Origin: an uncultured delta proteobacterium
GTDB lineage: Bacteria > Myxococcota_A > Polyangia > Polyangiales > Polyangiaceae
DNA: 64,000 nucleotides
Assembly (NCBI GenBank): GCA_963716725.1
Contig: CAVQUB010000012.1
Location: forward strand, 1-64,000
Reading direction: 5' to 3'
Under the pieces are notes generated by a model. The model searched no databases. It had not been told where the DNA came from and worked only from the letters and a program-made list of their open reading frames with translations. A program made the translations under genes and the position numbers. This document shows, in pieces, positions 20,608 through 31,201 of the stretch. Each line of letters opens with the position of its first letter. Position 1 is the first letter of the stretch.

Positions 20608-21390
20608 ATGCTACGGCGGATGCGGTCGAGGATGCTATTTGCGGCACTGCTTGCCTTCGCCGCGTGCCAGTCCAAGCCGGCGGGTGGCGCTCGTCCTGCC
20701 GCGGGCACGACGGCTCCAATCATGACCGCAGACACGCCCCCGCCGTCCCCGGCTCCGCCCGTTGCTGCGGCTGCGTCATCGACCGCCGCTTGGTGGGTCC
20801 CGGGGCAAGAGTTCGAAGCCCTCGAATCCGTAGCCGCCACCCGCACGGCGCAATCTGCTGGCCTCAAGCAGAGCCTCGGGGTCCCCTACCCGGTGAAGTG
20901 CCCGAGCATCGACACCACCGGCGTGGACACAAAGGCTCTGCGGGCGACCGGAAAGCACGCGGCGCTGCTGGCGGATCCGACGGCGTTCTTCGACGGCCGC
21001 ATCGGAGTTCTCGAAGCCATCGCACTCTTGGGCCCAGCCGTGCTCTGCAACCACCAAGCGAAGTCGCCGTTCATGAACCTGCATCTCGCGCCGATTGCGG
21101 GAGCACATGGCGTGACCATCGAGACGCAGAATGGAAAACTCATCGGCATCGTCATCGAGTTCGAGCCCACAGTGAGCGTAGACTTTGCGGCGCTCACTGC
21201 TGCCCACGGCGCGCCGCGACAAATGCCGCGCGCTCCCCACGGCCCGTACCCAGGTTCGGACGCGTTTTCGATGCATTCGGCGTCCCACGAAGGAACCTTC
21301 TCGATCGGTCGTGTCGATCACGGCGATCCGGCGTCCGCTTCGCGGGTGCATCGCATGATCGTGCGTCGATTCGAGCGGACTGCTCCGTAG
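20608..21390 (+). CDS. Hypothetical lipoprotein
   Basis: LLAFAAC lipobox. Confidence 0.6.
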   Translation: MLRRMRSRMLFAALLAFAACQSKPAGGARPAAGTTAPIMTADTPPPSPAPPVAAAASSTAAWWVPGQEFEALESVAATRTAQSAGLKQSLGVPYPVKCPSIDTTGVDTKALRATGKHAALLADPTAFFDGRIGVLEAIALLGPAVLCNHQAKSPFMNLHLAPIAGAHGVTIETQNGKLIGIVIEFEPTVSVDFAALTAAHGAPRQMPRAPHGPYPGSDAFSMHSASHEGTFSIGRVDHGDPASASRVHRMIVRRFERTAP

Positions 21391-21409
21391 CCTGCGCTGG
21401 CGCGCGCCG

Positions 21410-21478
21410 CGCTGGGGCTCGCCGAAGCGATTGCGCCAGTAGGCTGCGTGCAGGGCGAAGGGCATCTGTCTTCCTGCC
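21410..21478 (-). pseudogene. L,D-transpeptidase fragment, homologous to 54010-54076
   Basis: MPFALHAAYWRNRFGEP with the same upstream ggcaggaagaca junction. Confidence 0.7.
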
Positions 21479-21527
21479 TACCCTCCCTCGTCAGGGAGTT
21501 GCCCCGGCGTGACGCTGACCTGATCCA

Positions 21528-22478
21528 TCAAGGCTTCGCGAGGCGCATCACGCCTCGAGTGCTCGTGAAGTACACGTTGCTCCCGTCCACTGCGACGTCG
21601 AAGTGCGAAGCGCCAGGATCGGCGTCGGCAACCTTCGCCAAGCCTTCGCCGTTCTTGCCAACCATGAAGATGGCGGCTTGGTCGCCGACGCGCGCGAAGT
21701 AGATCCGATCGCCATCGAGAGCGAGGTAGCTGGCGGGGTTTCCGACGTGGGCGAGCGTCGTCGCGGCCCCCCCGGCCAGCGGTGCCTTCATGACGTAACC
21801 GTCACCGGTGGTGACGTAGACGTTCTCTTCGTCCACGGCCGGACGTCGCGGGTAGACCAATCCCTCGAGCAATGTCACGGGCGACCCGCCGGCGCGTGGC
21901 ACGGCTCTGACCGCGCCCGGCGAGTCGTAGGTCGAGTAGTAGACGTTGTTCGCGTCCACCGCGACGTCCTGCGCCTCGTCCGAATGCAGGAGGACTTCGG
22001 CGTTCGAGCCACCCGCAAGCGGCATGGTCATCAGCGAATTCGACGCGACCCAGTAGGCCTGGCCGCCAGCAAGGGCCAGCCCCTGCGCGGCGTGCTGATC
22101 GGGAGCCAGCGAGACCGGCGTCGCTCCGGGCTCCAAACCGACGCGCATCAGCGCGCCCTCTGCCTGCAGGTGGGCGCCGTTGTTCACCCAAAATACTGAA
22201 TTGTCCACGACCCGCAGCGCCCAAGGGTTCGACTGGCCAGTGGCCAACGTCACAGCCGTCCCGCCCGTGATCGGTGCCGTCCAGATGCGACCGTCCGTCC
22301 ACTCGGCTCCCGACCAGTAGATGTTCGGGCCCTCGGCGACCACGAATGCTGCACTGGGGCTCTGCGCGACGAGCTTCGGCGTGCAGGTGCCGACACAGCT
22401 GGCGCCGTCATCGGGGGAGGGACTCGAGCCGCAACCTACCAGCGCGAGCGCGAGCGCGAGACGAACGGGGCGCGACAC
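21528..22478 (-). CDS. Beta-propeller lipoprotein
   Basis: LALVGC; repeated AVD..NVY blades. Confidence 0.75.
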   Translation of the reverse strand: MSRPVRLALALALVGCGSSPSPDDGASCVGTCTPKLVAQSPSAAFVVAEGPNIYWSGAEWTDGRIWTAPITGGTAVTLATGQSNPWALRVVDNSVFWVNNGAHLQAEGALMRVGLEPGATPVSLAPDQHAAQGLALAGGQAYWVASNSLMTMPLAGGSNAEVLLHSDEAQDVAVDANNVYYSTYDSPGAVRAVPRAGGSPVTLLEGLVYPRRPAVDEENVYVTTGDGYVMKAPLAGGAATTLAHVGNPASYLALDGDRIYFARVGDQAAIFMVGKNGEGLAKVADADPGASHFDVAVDGSNVYFTSTRGVMRLAKP

Positions 22479-22614
22479 GGTTGATGGTACGCGACCGCGG
22501 ACGGCCTCCTTCCCGACGAACCGGATCGAGCTGGAGAATTTCCTGCGCGCCAGACTTGCTCGGTCAGACAAGATACTGCCGCCGCTTTGGGATGCGTGCC
22601 GTAGACTAGCGACG

Positions 22615-23160
22615 ATGCAGCTTCCAGGTTCTGCTCCGACAGCATCGTTCCCTGGTTTGGTTGCGCGGACCGAGGTGTTCGTTGGTTGCGCGCTCTTCCT
22701 GTTGTCGGTGGGTGGATGCGGTCCGGCTATAGCCCAAGCACCAGAACCCGCGGCGGCGGCCTCCTCAGCCCCAGCCCAGGCCCCCGCCGCAGCGGCGAAC
22801 GAGCAAGTCGCGTCAGAGCCTCCGTCTACCAAGGCAACTCGCTCGGGCGAGCTGGTTGGCATCTACGAGCAGCTCAATGTGAGGCAGAAGGCAGGGGCAC
22901 CTCCCCACTATGTAGGGCGTGCGGTCGTCAGGCAGAAAGATGGTCAGGCCATCATGTTGGAGACTCATGAGCGCGGCTTGCGCTCCGCAGAGGAAATCGC
23001 AGCCTTCGAGGGCAAGCTAGTCAGGGTAGTGGCAGCGCACACCGAGGACCATTGCCTTGGCTGGGGGAACGGAACTCAGGCCGCGATAGTGGGCCGCTGC
23101 GTTCGCGGCATTGTCGAGATTTCTCTGGTGCACCACCACGCCGGGCCTCGGAGGAACTGA
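22615..23160 (+). CDS. Hypothetical lipoprotein
   Basis: LLSVGGC, Ala/Pro linker; start uncertain. Confidence 0.5.
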   Translation: MQLPGSAPTASFPGLVARTEVFVGCALFLLSVGGCGPAIAQAPEPAAAASSAPAQAPAAAANEQVASEPPSTKATRSGELVGIYEQLNVRQKAGAPPHYVGRAVVRQKDGQAIMLETHERGLRSAEEIAAFEGKLVRVVAAHTEDHCLGWGNGTQAAIVGRCVRGIVEISLVHHHAGPRRN

Positions 23161-23325
23161 CCTCACCGCCGGCGTACAGAATGAGCGCGCTTCAAGAGTG
23201 CAAATCGCCAGCGCAACGTTGACCCAGCGCACTGAAGCTGCCTAACGTGATCGGTTCGGCGACTTCGCTGCGCGCGCCGACGGAATTCATCCGACACCTG
23301 TCTTCGCAGCAAGAAAAGGTCCTCA

Positions 23326-23889
23326 ATGTCTCGTTCGCTGCGTGCTTGCATGGCTTGGACTGCGGTGACGCTTTCGTGCGTCGTGGCTTGTGGGGGCGAT
23401 GACTCGAGCCCGGGTGGCGGCGGGTCCTCGGGCACCGGCGGGGCCGGAACAGGCGCGTCCAGTGGCAGCGGCGGCACCGGCGGCGCCGCGGGAGCCAGCA
23501 CCGGCGGGGCGGCGGGAGCCGGCACCGGCGGGAGCAGCACGGGCGGCGCGGCTGGCGGCGGCAGCGGTGGGGCGGCGGGAGCCGGGACCGGCGGGAGCAG
23601 CACGGGCGGCGCCGGTGGCGCGTGCAGCACGCCGACGCCGGTCGGTTCGTGCGACAACCCGACCCCGAGCGTTCAATACTGCGTCGATTTCTACGTGGGG
23701 GATGTGGCGACAAACAAGGCGGGGTGCGAGGCCAACAAGGCCCGCACTTTCACGGCAGGTAAACCGTGCTCGGCGGGCGGCCGGGTCGGCAAATGCGTGC
23801 TCACCGGCCAAAGCCAGAGCTACTACAAGCCCAACCCGCAATACGAGTCGATCTGCAAATCGCAGAACGGCACGTGGTGTCCCGGCTGA
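23326..23889 (+). CDS. Gly-linker lipoprotein, paralog of 13995..14597
   Basis: VVACGGDD; ends CKSQNGTWC. Confidence 0.75.
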   Translation: MSRSLRACMAWTAVTLSCVVACGGDDSSPGGGGSSGTGGAGTGASSGSGGTGGAAGASTGGAAGAGTGGSSTGGAAGGGSGGAAGAGTGGSSTGGAGGACSTPTPVGSCDNPTPSVQYCVDFYVGDVATNKAGCEANKARTFTAGKPCSAGGRVGKCVLTGQSQSYYKPNPQYESICKSQNGTWCPG

Positions 23890-24425
23890 GGCCCTCGGCT
23901 GCTTCGATGCGCTGTCGCTCGGGACTTCGGAAGCAAGCGCTCGGGTGCGTCGACGAACGCCGCGCTCGTCGGCGCCGCGACCTGTGCTGTCGCATGCCGC
24001 GGGCTGGGCGGCGGGGCGTGCGGGGAGTCCATTCTGGAGGGGAGCTTCAGTGAAGGAAACTACCATTGCTCACCGGACGACGCCGCTCGTGGGGCGGTCG
24101 GTGCCGCGCTTGCAACGCTCGAATCCATCGTCGCTCTTGCCTTTCGAGCCCCGCGCGGCGGAAGTCCGGCACGGCGCGAGCCGCTGTCCCAGTGGTAACC
24201 GCTACAGTGGAAACTGTCGGGATTGGGGAGCCGAGGGCAGGTGTTGGCGGCGCAGTCGAGACCCGAGTCGGGGGGGGTGTACTGCGACTCGTCGATGAGC
24301 AGAGGCATCGTCGTGACCCCGAAGCTCCGAGGCCCCCACCCGAGTCGGCGTGGGAGTGCCAGAGCGGCGCCGTGTCGTTCAGCAACCTGTTTGACTGCGA
24401 TTCCGCCGCCGACTACAGGACGCGC

Positions 24426-25725
24426 ATGGTTAGGCACGTGCTTCTGCTTGCGTGTGTGAGTCTGTCGATGTCGACCGCGTGCTCGGACAATTCCGAGTCC
24501 GCTCCGGCGGGGAAGGTGCAGGCGGAGACGCCGGTGGGCACGCCCACCGGCCCGTCAGCGTCGTCCACGGTCGGCAGTTCCGGCGGCGTGGTGGTCTCGG
24601 CGGACGGCCGCCTCGAGAATCGAGGTGCCGGACGGCGCCCTCGCTAGCGACACCACCATCACGGTGCAGCCCATTTCGGCGACCGCCCCCGGCGCCATCG
24701 GCGGCGCCTATCGGCTCGGCCCGAGCGAGGTCACGTTCGCGAAGCCCGTCACGGTGCGCTTCAAGCTCACGCCCACCGAGGTCATGGGGACGGCGGCGGC
24801 GTTCGTCGGAGTGGCCTGGCAGCAGCCCAGCGGCGCGTGGGAAAAACCGCCGTCTTCCTACGACGCGGGTTCGGGGATCGCGTCGACCGCAACGGTGCAC
24901 TTCAGCGATTGGTCTGCGCTCGCGGGGCTCCAAATCATGCCCGGCACCGCGTCAGTGAAGGTCGGCAAGGAACTCCAACTCGTCGTGCGCAACTGCAGGT
25001 GGACGGAAGAGAGCGGCGACGTGCTGTGCCCCATCGGTGAGCACTGCAAGGTTCACGCATGCACCCAAGACCAGGTGAGTGGCAAGGGCTGGGAGGTCAA
25101 CGGAGTCGCCGGCGGCTCGGGCAGCACGGGGCATGTGGTGGGGACCGCGAAGGGGGCGACTTTCACCGCGCCTTCCAAGGTGCCGAGCCCGGCGACCGTA
25201 GCCGTGAGCGCGGATGTCGGCGTCGGCGACCAGCAGGGCTCGTTCACGCAGCTGGTGTCGAAGGTTACGATCGTCGACGCCGTTACATACCAGGCCAGCG
25301 CCAAATTCTTCGACCTGGTCGGTGGCCTGTATCCCTCCGGCACCGCCACGCTCACCTTCACGCAGTACGAAGATCTGCCCGACGTTGCCAGCTTCGAGCT
25401 GTCGGCGGGTCAGTTCGAGGTGAGCGTGAACTACCCGGACTGCGAGCCCGTGGCCAAGGTCGTTTTCGCGGCGGGCGAGGGGCAGAGCTTCGGTATGCTC
25501 GTCGTGAACAAGGAGAACAGCGCCGCCGGGAAGAACTACTTCTGGAACGCGCTCTCGAAGACCGTGGAAGTGCCGCTCACTTGCGGGAGCCCCCCCGTGT
25601 CGACTCTGGTGCCGCTCGACCTGAGCATCGATGGGCAAGGCTCCTACGAGGACATGAAGTCTTTCACCGGTAGCTCCGTGCAGCCCATGGGCGGAAGCGT
25701 GAACTTCTCGTTCACCACTCCCTGA
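24426..25725 (+). CDS. Lipoprotein with ZU5-like and Ig-like regions, frameshift near 24620
   Basis: STACSD signal; GGVVVSADGRLE then frame change to (V)PDGAL...GPSEVTFAKPV...HFS. Confidence 0.7.
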
Positions 25726-25753
25726 CCGGGCGTTGAGCGTATAGGGCGACAGA

Positions 25754-26590
25754 TCAGCGCGTTGCCAGGGTCGTGAAGTCGCTGTCACCGTCGCCCTCGG
25801 CGATGGCGGCGTCCATGGCTGCGGCGATGGCGGGCAGGACAGTGAGTCGTTCTGCGCCGGCGGTTTCGAGCATCAGGCCGACATCTTTGCGCGCCATCGA
25901 CATGGCGAACCCAACTGGACTTCCCTCGGCTGCGAGCGCACGCCTTCCCATGCCAGAAGCCGTAGGTGAGAATTGATCGAAGAGCGAAAGGATCTCGTCG
26001 GAGCTGACGCCGCACGCCTTGCCCATTCGGAACAGATCGCCCATGGCGCCGGTCAGCATGAACAACAGACCGTTGCCGGTGATCTTGATCTTGGCCGCCT
26101 TGTCTGGCTCGGGCCCGAGGTAGAGCACTTTGCCGGTCATCGTCTCGAGCAGCGGGCGCAGCGTCGCCTCGTCCTCGGCTGGACCGCTCAGCAACATCAA
26201 ACCGGTTGCATCACGGGAGTTTGACGGCCCCATGAACACCGGCGCATGGATGTACCGGATGCCGTCCGATCGAAGGCGCGCGAAACGGGAAGCGACCCCT
26301 GCGGGGAGGTTGGTGCTGTGATCGACGATGAAAGCGCCCTTCGCGAGCCCAGCCCGAAGCGCTTCGATGACGGAATCTACGGCGGCGTCCGCAGCGAGCA
26401 CCAAGTGCACGCGATCCGCACCGCTGACGGCCTCGGCTGGTGTCTTTGCGACGATAGCTCCCGCTTCGGCCAAGGGGGCGCACTTGTCTGCGGAGCGATT
26501 CCAAACTCGAACCGTGTGTCCCTTGCTCCGCAGGTTCTCTGCGAAACCTTGCCCCAGCAATCCCATCCCCAGTACTGCGACCGTGTTCAT
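25754..26590 (-). CDS. NAD(P)-dependent oxidoreductase, 3-hydroxyisobutyrate dehydrogenase family
   Basis: GMGLLG, VWNRS, APVFMG, KDVGL. Confidence 0.9.
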   Translation of the reverse strand: MNTVAVLGMGLLGQGFAENLRSKGHTVRVWNRSADKCAPLAEAGAIVAKTPAEAVSGADRVHLVLAADAAVDSVIEALRAGLAKGAFIVDHSTNLPAGVASRFARLRSDGIRYIHAPVFMGPSNSRDATGLMLLSGPAEDEATLRPLLETMTGKVLYLGPEPDKAAKIKITGNGLLFMLTGAMGDLFRMGKACGVSSDEILSLFDQFSPTASGMGRRALAAEGSPVGFAMSMARKDVGLMLETAGAERLTVLPAIAAAMDAAIAEGDGDSDFTTLATR

Positions 26591-27143
26591 GTGTGGTTCC
26601 TTTGCGCCGGACGAAGCCAGCGCAGGCTAGCACCCGCGCCGACTTCGCGCGCCCGTTGGCGAAATGGACGGGTCAGTGGTCGGGGACCGCGGCCGCGGCG
26701 TTCGGGGCCGCCCAAGCGTTCGAGTATTCGAAGATCACACCGGTCCCCGACGTCATCGACGCGCTCACGGTGCGTGACGGCACGCCGAGGCGCGCGCCGT
26801 GCAAGGTGCCGGCGTGAAGCACGATCTTCCAGTAGGTGAGGCCATCAACTCGGTGAGTCGAGGACGCGCCGCCGAAGAGCTCGCCGCCCTCGCTCTGGAT
26901 GCCGAGGCTGGTCTTGGTGCTGGTGGCGAAGGCGGCCGGTGGTGCGTGCGACCGAAACCCCAAGTGTCCCGGTGGCGTCGGGGTCGCCGGTGAGCGGGAA
27001 GCGGAACATGGCCGACCACCCCTGACGGCGCACCGAAACGCTCACGTGCATGCTGTCTTTCCCGATGGTGTGTTCGTGCAGCGAGCCAGCGACCGCGCGA
27101 ACTCCACGCCTCAGTCCCCTCGATGCCTGCGCCGCGACCGCGC

Positions 27144-27962
27144 TCAGAATTGACCGTCGACGGTTACGCAGTTGCGGCCTCGCTCTTTGGAGGCATAGAC
27201 GGCTGCGTCGGCACGCGCAACGAGCTCCTCCAGGCTCTGCGTGTCCGGCCCCCGGGCGGCCACGCCCAGCGACGCCGTGACCTCCACGAGCAGATCTCCA
27301 GCTGGTACGCGGACGTCGTCGACGAGGGCACGCCGGAGCCGCTCGGCGCAATGCGACGCGCCCGCGAGCGAAGTCTCCGGCAGGACGACGAGCAGCTCCT
27401 CGCCACCGTAACGCCCGAGCAGGTCCGAATCCCGCAGCTGATTCTTGATCGAGGCCGCGATTGCGGCGAGCGTCCGATCGCCCACCTGGTGCCCGAACCG
27501 ATCATTGACGGTCTTGAAGTGGTCGACGTCGATCATCAACAGCGACAGCTCGCTGCCGTATCGGGTGCCGCGGTTCCACTCGTCTTCGAGTCGTTCCATG
27601 AGCGCTCTGCGGGTGGCCGCCCCGGTGAGTGCGTCCACCCGGGCGATCTCTTCGACCGCGGCTTTCGCCGCGCGCAGGAGCATGAGTGTGCGGTGCACGC
27701 GCTCGTCCCGCGGTCGCACGATCCCAAAGAAGCCCACCGGTGCGAGGACCAAGGTCAAGCAAATGCCTCGCAGCAGCCACTCCGAGCCGCCGAGCCAGTG
27801 CTGACTCGCCCATGCGGCGACCGCCGTGGCGACCGCGTGCAGGCCAAAGATGGCGAACCCCAGGGCGGGCACAATCCGAACAAAGGCACCGACAGCGCGG
27901 GGCAACGGCGAGTGACCGTTCCCGGTCTGCCTGCCGCTCGGCGTCTCACTCCTCATGAGCAT
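27144..27962 (-). CDS. Membrane-bound diguanylate cyclase
   Basis: 2 TM helices; DALTG, DVDHFKTVNDRFGH, RYGGEEL. Confidence 0.9.
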   Translation of the reverse strand: MLMRSETPSGRQTGNGHSPLPRAVGAFVRIVPALGFAIFGLHAVATAVAAWASQHWLGGSEWLLRGICLTLVLAPVGFFGIVRPRDERVHRTLMLLRAAKAAVEEIARVDALTGAATRRALMERLEDEWNRGTRYGSELSLLMIDVDHFKTVNDRFGHQVGDRTLAAIAASIKNQLRDSDLLGRYGGEELLVVLPETSLAGASHCAERLRRALVDDVRVPAGDLLVEVTASLGVAARGPDTQSLEELVARADAAVYASKERGRNCVTVDGQF

Positions 27963-28094
27963 GAGGGGCAGAACATGAGCATGAGGGGTGAACCGAACAT
28001 CTTGGCGCTTGTTTTAGCGCAAGACGAGATCTTTCCTAAGCACGTATTTGCCGAGATGGCTGCAGGCAGCGTCGAAACGGGATTGGGCGCATGC

Positions 28095-28310
28095 AAAATG
28101 CGCCCGAAGATATCGCGTCCACTTCGTAGGCGACGCTGTCGAGCGACACGGTGCGGTCGGCCTGCACGCGGCGCTTTTGCTCGAAGAGGAACAGATCCGC
28201 GAGGTCGCTCGATGGCAGGCGTACATCGGCCGAGCGCATCGCCCAGCGATCCGCGGGCGTCTCACCGTCGAGTCCGCGGTGGGGACTTCGATGATACTCA
28301 CCCTCCACCC
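28095..28310 (-). pseudogene. Fragment of DDE transposase, close to 38487-38690
   Basis: WVEGEYHRSPHRGL...RRVQADRTVSLDSVAYEVDA shared with the transposase. Confidence 0.85.
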
Positions 28311-28352
28311 ACTGTGGCTGGCGAACCCCCAAACTCGTCGGGAGCCCCGTGA

Positions 28353-28590
28353 TCACGCCGCGCGCCTCCGGTATCGATGATGCAATCCACCGACCCTCGG
28401 AAGCTCGACGACTCGACCCAGCGAGCGGGGCTCGATGGGTCGCGACTTCGGGCAGTCGTTATTGAGCCCCTGGTGAGTCCGGTCCGTGTGGTAGTAGCGG
28501 AAGAAGTCCGACAGTGTTCGCCGCAAGTGAGTTTCGCTCCAGACGATCACGTGGTTGAGGCACTCGCGACGGACCGTCCCGATCAAGCGT
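28353..28590 (-). pseudogene. Integrase-core (rve) transposase C-terminal fragment
   Basis: ERLIGTVRRECLNH...YYHTDRTHQGL...GGLHHRY. Confidence 0.85.
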
Positions 28591-28720
28591 TCGCCGCCTG
28601 AGACGTTGCGCGACCGCGAGCGGTGTGCGGAGGTCGTGCGCGAAGCGGCGGATCACACGGAGCCACTGCTCACGCTGGGCCTCGATGCCGCGGACGGTAC
28701 CCGCGACGCCCAGAGTCTCC
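28590..28720 (-). pseudogene. Possible histidine kinase H-box remnant
   Basis: RFAHDLRTPL. Confidence 0.4.
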
Positions 28721-28841
28721 GTCTCCGCGGCGCGAACGGAGGCGATTCAGGAGCGGCGCAACCGCTCGAAGGTTCAGGTCGTCAGCCGGCACGTCACTCC
28801 AAAAGGAAAAGTGCGAACTGTGCCTCTCCGCAGAACCTAGC

Positions 28842-29940
28842 CTACGTCCCCGTCGATTTCCGTGACGGCGGTGACGATGCCCCGACCACCCGGTTCCTCC
28901 CGGCGTTCTTCGCGGCGTACAGCCGCTCGTCGGCCCGCTCGAGCAATTCGGCGCCGGTTTGCCCTCGCCCTTCTGCCAGCGTCGCGCACCCGCCGCTGAT
29001 GGTGACCGGGATGACGGCGCCCTCGAAGCTGAGGGTCATGACCTCGACGCTCGCGCGAATCCTCTCCGCGACCCGTAAGGTGTCTTTTGCGTCCGTCGAG
29101 CGGAGCAAGACGACGAACTCTTCTCCGCCCCAACGCGCGAACACGTCCTCCCCGCGCAGCTGGGCGCTGGCAACTTGTGCAACGTGACGAATGATTGCGT
29201 CGCCGGCAGCATGACCCCGCGTGTCGTTCACGCGCTTGAAGTGGTCGATGTCCAGCATGACCAGCCCGAGGTCCGTTGAGTGTCGCTGCGCAAAGGCCAG
29301 CTCCGCGCCGAGCCGCTCTCCGAGGTGGCGGCGATTGTACTTGCCCGTCAATGCGTCGCGCGTGCTCGACTCGTGGAGCTGACGCAACAGGCGCTCGTGC
29401 ATGCCGTCGGTCACCGTGTAGCGAAAGCACGCGTGAGACCCGAACTGAACCAGGTCGCCATCTGCAAGCACCGCTCGCGTCACGCGGCGGCCTTTCACCC
29501 AGGTTCCGTTGCTGGACGCCAGGTCCTCGATGGCATGCGCGTTCCCCAACCACGTGATGCGCGCGTGATAGCGACTCACCCCGCCTTCGGGGAGCTGCAC
29601 GCGATTCGAGAAGTGCCGGCCGATGCTGCAGGATTTCGGCGTAGAGGTTCACCAAGCTGCCCGCGTCCACGCCGTCCAAGCGAATCATCACGACACTCTC
29701 GGTCTGGTTCTCCGGTCCCGGCGGTGCGCTCACCTGCGTGATTCGCTCGTCCTCACCGCTGCGCCAAGCAACGACCTCCACCTCGGGCTGGGGCAGGCGG
29801 ACGGCCGGCATGTCCTGGCGAGTGACCGCCATCGGAGGCCCCTCGTCCCGCGGAGGCGGAATCAGCGCGCTGCGAACCTGCGGCGCCGCTGGCTCGAGCG
29901 ATGGCTCATAGGCGGGGTGTTCGGGGTGCGAGCTGGACAT
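28842..29940 (-). CDS. FHA-domain diguanylate cyclase, frameshift near 29640
   Basis: IGR...VSRYHARI...DLASSNGT FHA; RWGGEEF GGDEF; N-terminus lies in another frame. Confidence 0.85.
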
Positions 29941-29948
29941 GGTTCGCC

Positions 29949-31166
29949 TCACCACGCGACCAACGGGAACGGCCTCGCAGGCTTCGCGAGAAGGAAACCT
30001 TGCAAGAGGTCGCAATCGAGTTCGACCAACATGTCGCGCTCCTGTGCGGTCTCGACGCCTTCGGCTACGACCAGCATGCCCATGTCGTGACAGAGCGTCG
30101 CCATGGCCCGCACGACCTTCTGTTTGGTCGCGCTGGAGTCGATGCCTCTCACCAGGGACATGTCGAGCTTCACCACTTCCGGCTCGAGCTGAGCGAACGC
30201 AGTGAGCCCAGAGTAACCCGCGCCCAGATCGTCGATGGCTATGCGGAAGCCCATTTCGCGGAGGCGGGCGATGCGCGGTCGGACGTCGCCGACTTCATCG
30301 AGCGCCGCCCGCTCTGTGATTTCGAGGACGACCCGCGACGCGATGCTGGACAGAGGTGACTCGTCCGCGGTCAGCGTCGGGTCGAGCAGGTCGCGCACGT
30401 GCAGGTTGACGAACAACACCCCGCTGGCGGGATTCTCCGCCACCGGACCGGTCGCGCGCGCTCGAATGGTGCGCCCGAGCACATCCAGTTGTTCGAGCCT
30501 CACGGCGGCGTCGATGACCGCTCCCGGGTGCGGCAAGCTCGGCTCGGTCGATCGCAACAAGGCTTCGTGTCCAAAGACGCTCCGGTCGCGGGCAGATACG
30601 ATCGGCTGGTAGGCGATCCAGAGGGTCTCCATGGCTCGCTCGAAGCTCACCTCGAGACTGGCTCGATCACCAGGCCCCGCCACGTTGGTGCCCAGCAATT
30701 CGGCGGCTTTTGCTTTCATGCGCGCCATGCGGTGATAGCGCACGGCTTGTTCGACGGTGGCGGCGAGAACGTCGTTGGCGACGGGCTTCGTCAGGTAGCG
30801 GAAGGCTCCGTACTCGACGGCCTCCATGGCAGTGGAAACCGCGGGCTCGCCGGTCACGAGGATGACCGGAACGACCAGATCCGTGTCCCGGAGCCGCCGC
30901 AGCAACTGGACGCCTGTCATGTCGGGCATCGAGATGTCGCTCACGACCACGTCGAAGCGTTGATTCTCGAACAGCACCAATGCTTCGACCGCGCTGGCGG
31001 CGGTGATCGTCTCGAATCCACGCGACTTCAGCAAGCGAGCCGCCGTTCTGACCAGCGCGTCGTCGTCGTCGACGAACAAGACGGTCCCGCTGCTCGTCCG
31101 GGTGGCCAACGGGTCGGGAGTGTCGCGTCGCTCCGGAGCTGAATCTGCTGATCGTTGTGTGGTCAT
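29949..31166 (-). CDS. REC-EAL c-di-GMP phosphodiesterase
   Basis: FVDDD, DISMP; HEALLR, DDLGAGYS, AEGVE, QGF. Confidence 0.92.
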   Translation of the reverse strand: MTTQRSADSAPERRDTPDPLATRTSSGTVLFVDDDDALVRTAARLLKSRGFETITAASAVEALVLFENQRFDVVVSDISMPDMTGVQLLRRLRDTDLVVPVILVTGEPAVSTAMEAVEYGAFRYLTKPVANDVLAATVEQAVRYHRMARMKAKAAELLGTNVAGPGDRASLEVSFERAMETLWIAYQPIVSARDRSVFGHEALLRSTEPSLPHPGAVIDAAVRLEQLDVLGRTIRARATGPVAENPASGVLFVNLHVRDLLDPTLTADESPLSSIASRVVLEITERAALDEVGDVRPRIARLREMGFRIAIDDLGAGYSGLTAFAQLEPEVVKLDMSLVRGIDSSATKQKVVRAMATLCHDMGMLVVAEGVETAQERDMLVELDCDLLQGFLLAKPARPFPLVAW

Positions 31167-31201
31167 GATCGTCCCCGCTGAGGTTTCCGACGGTGCCTTC
31201 T

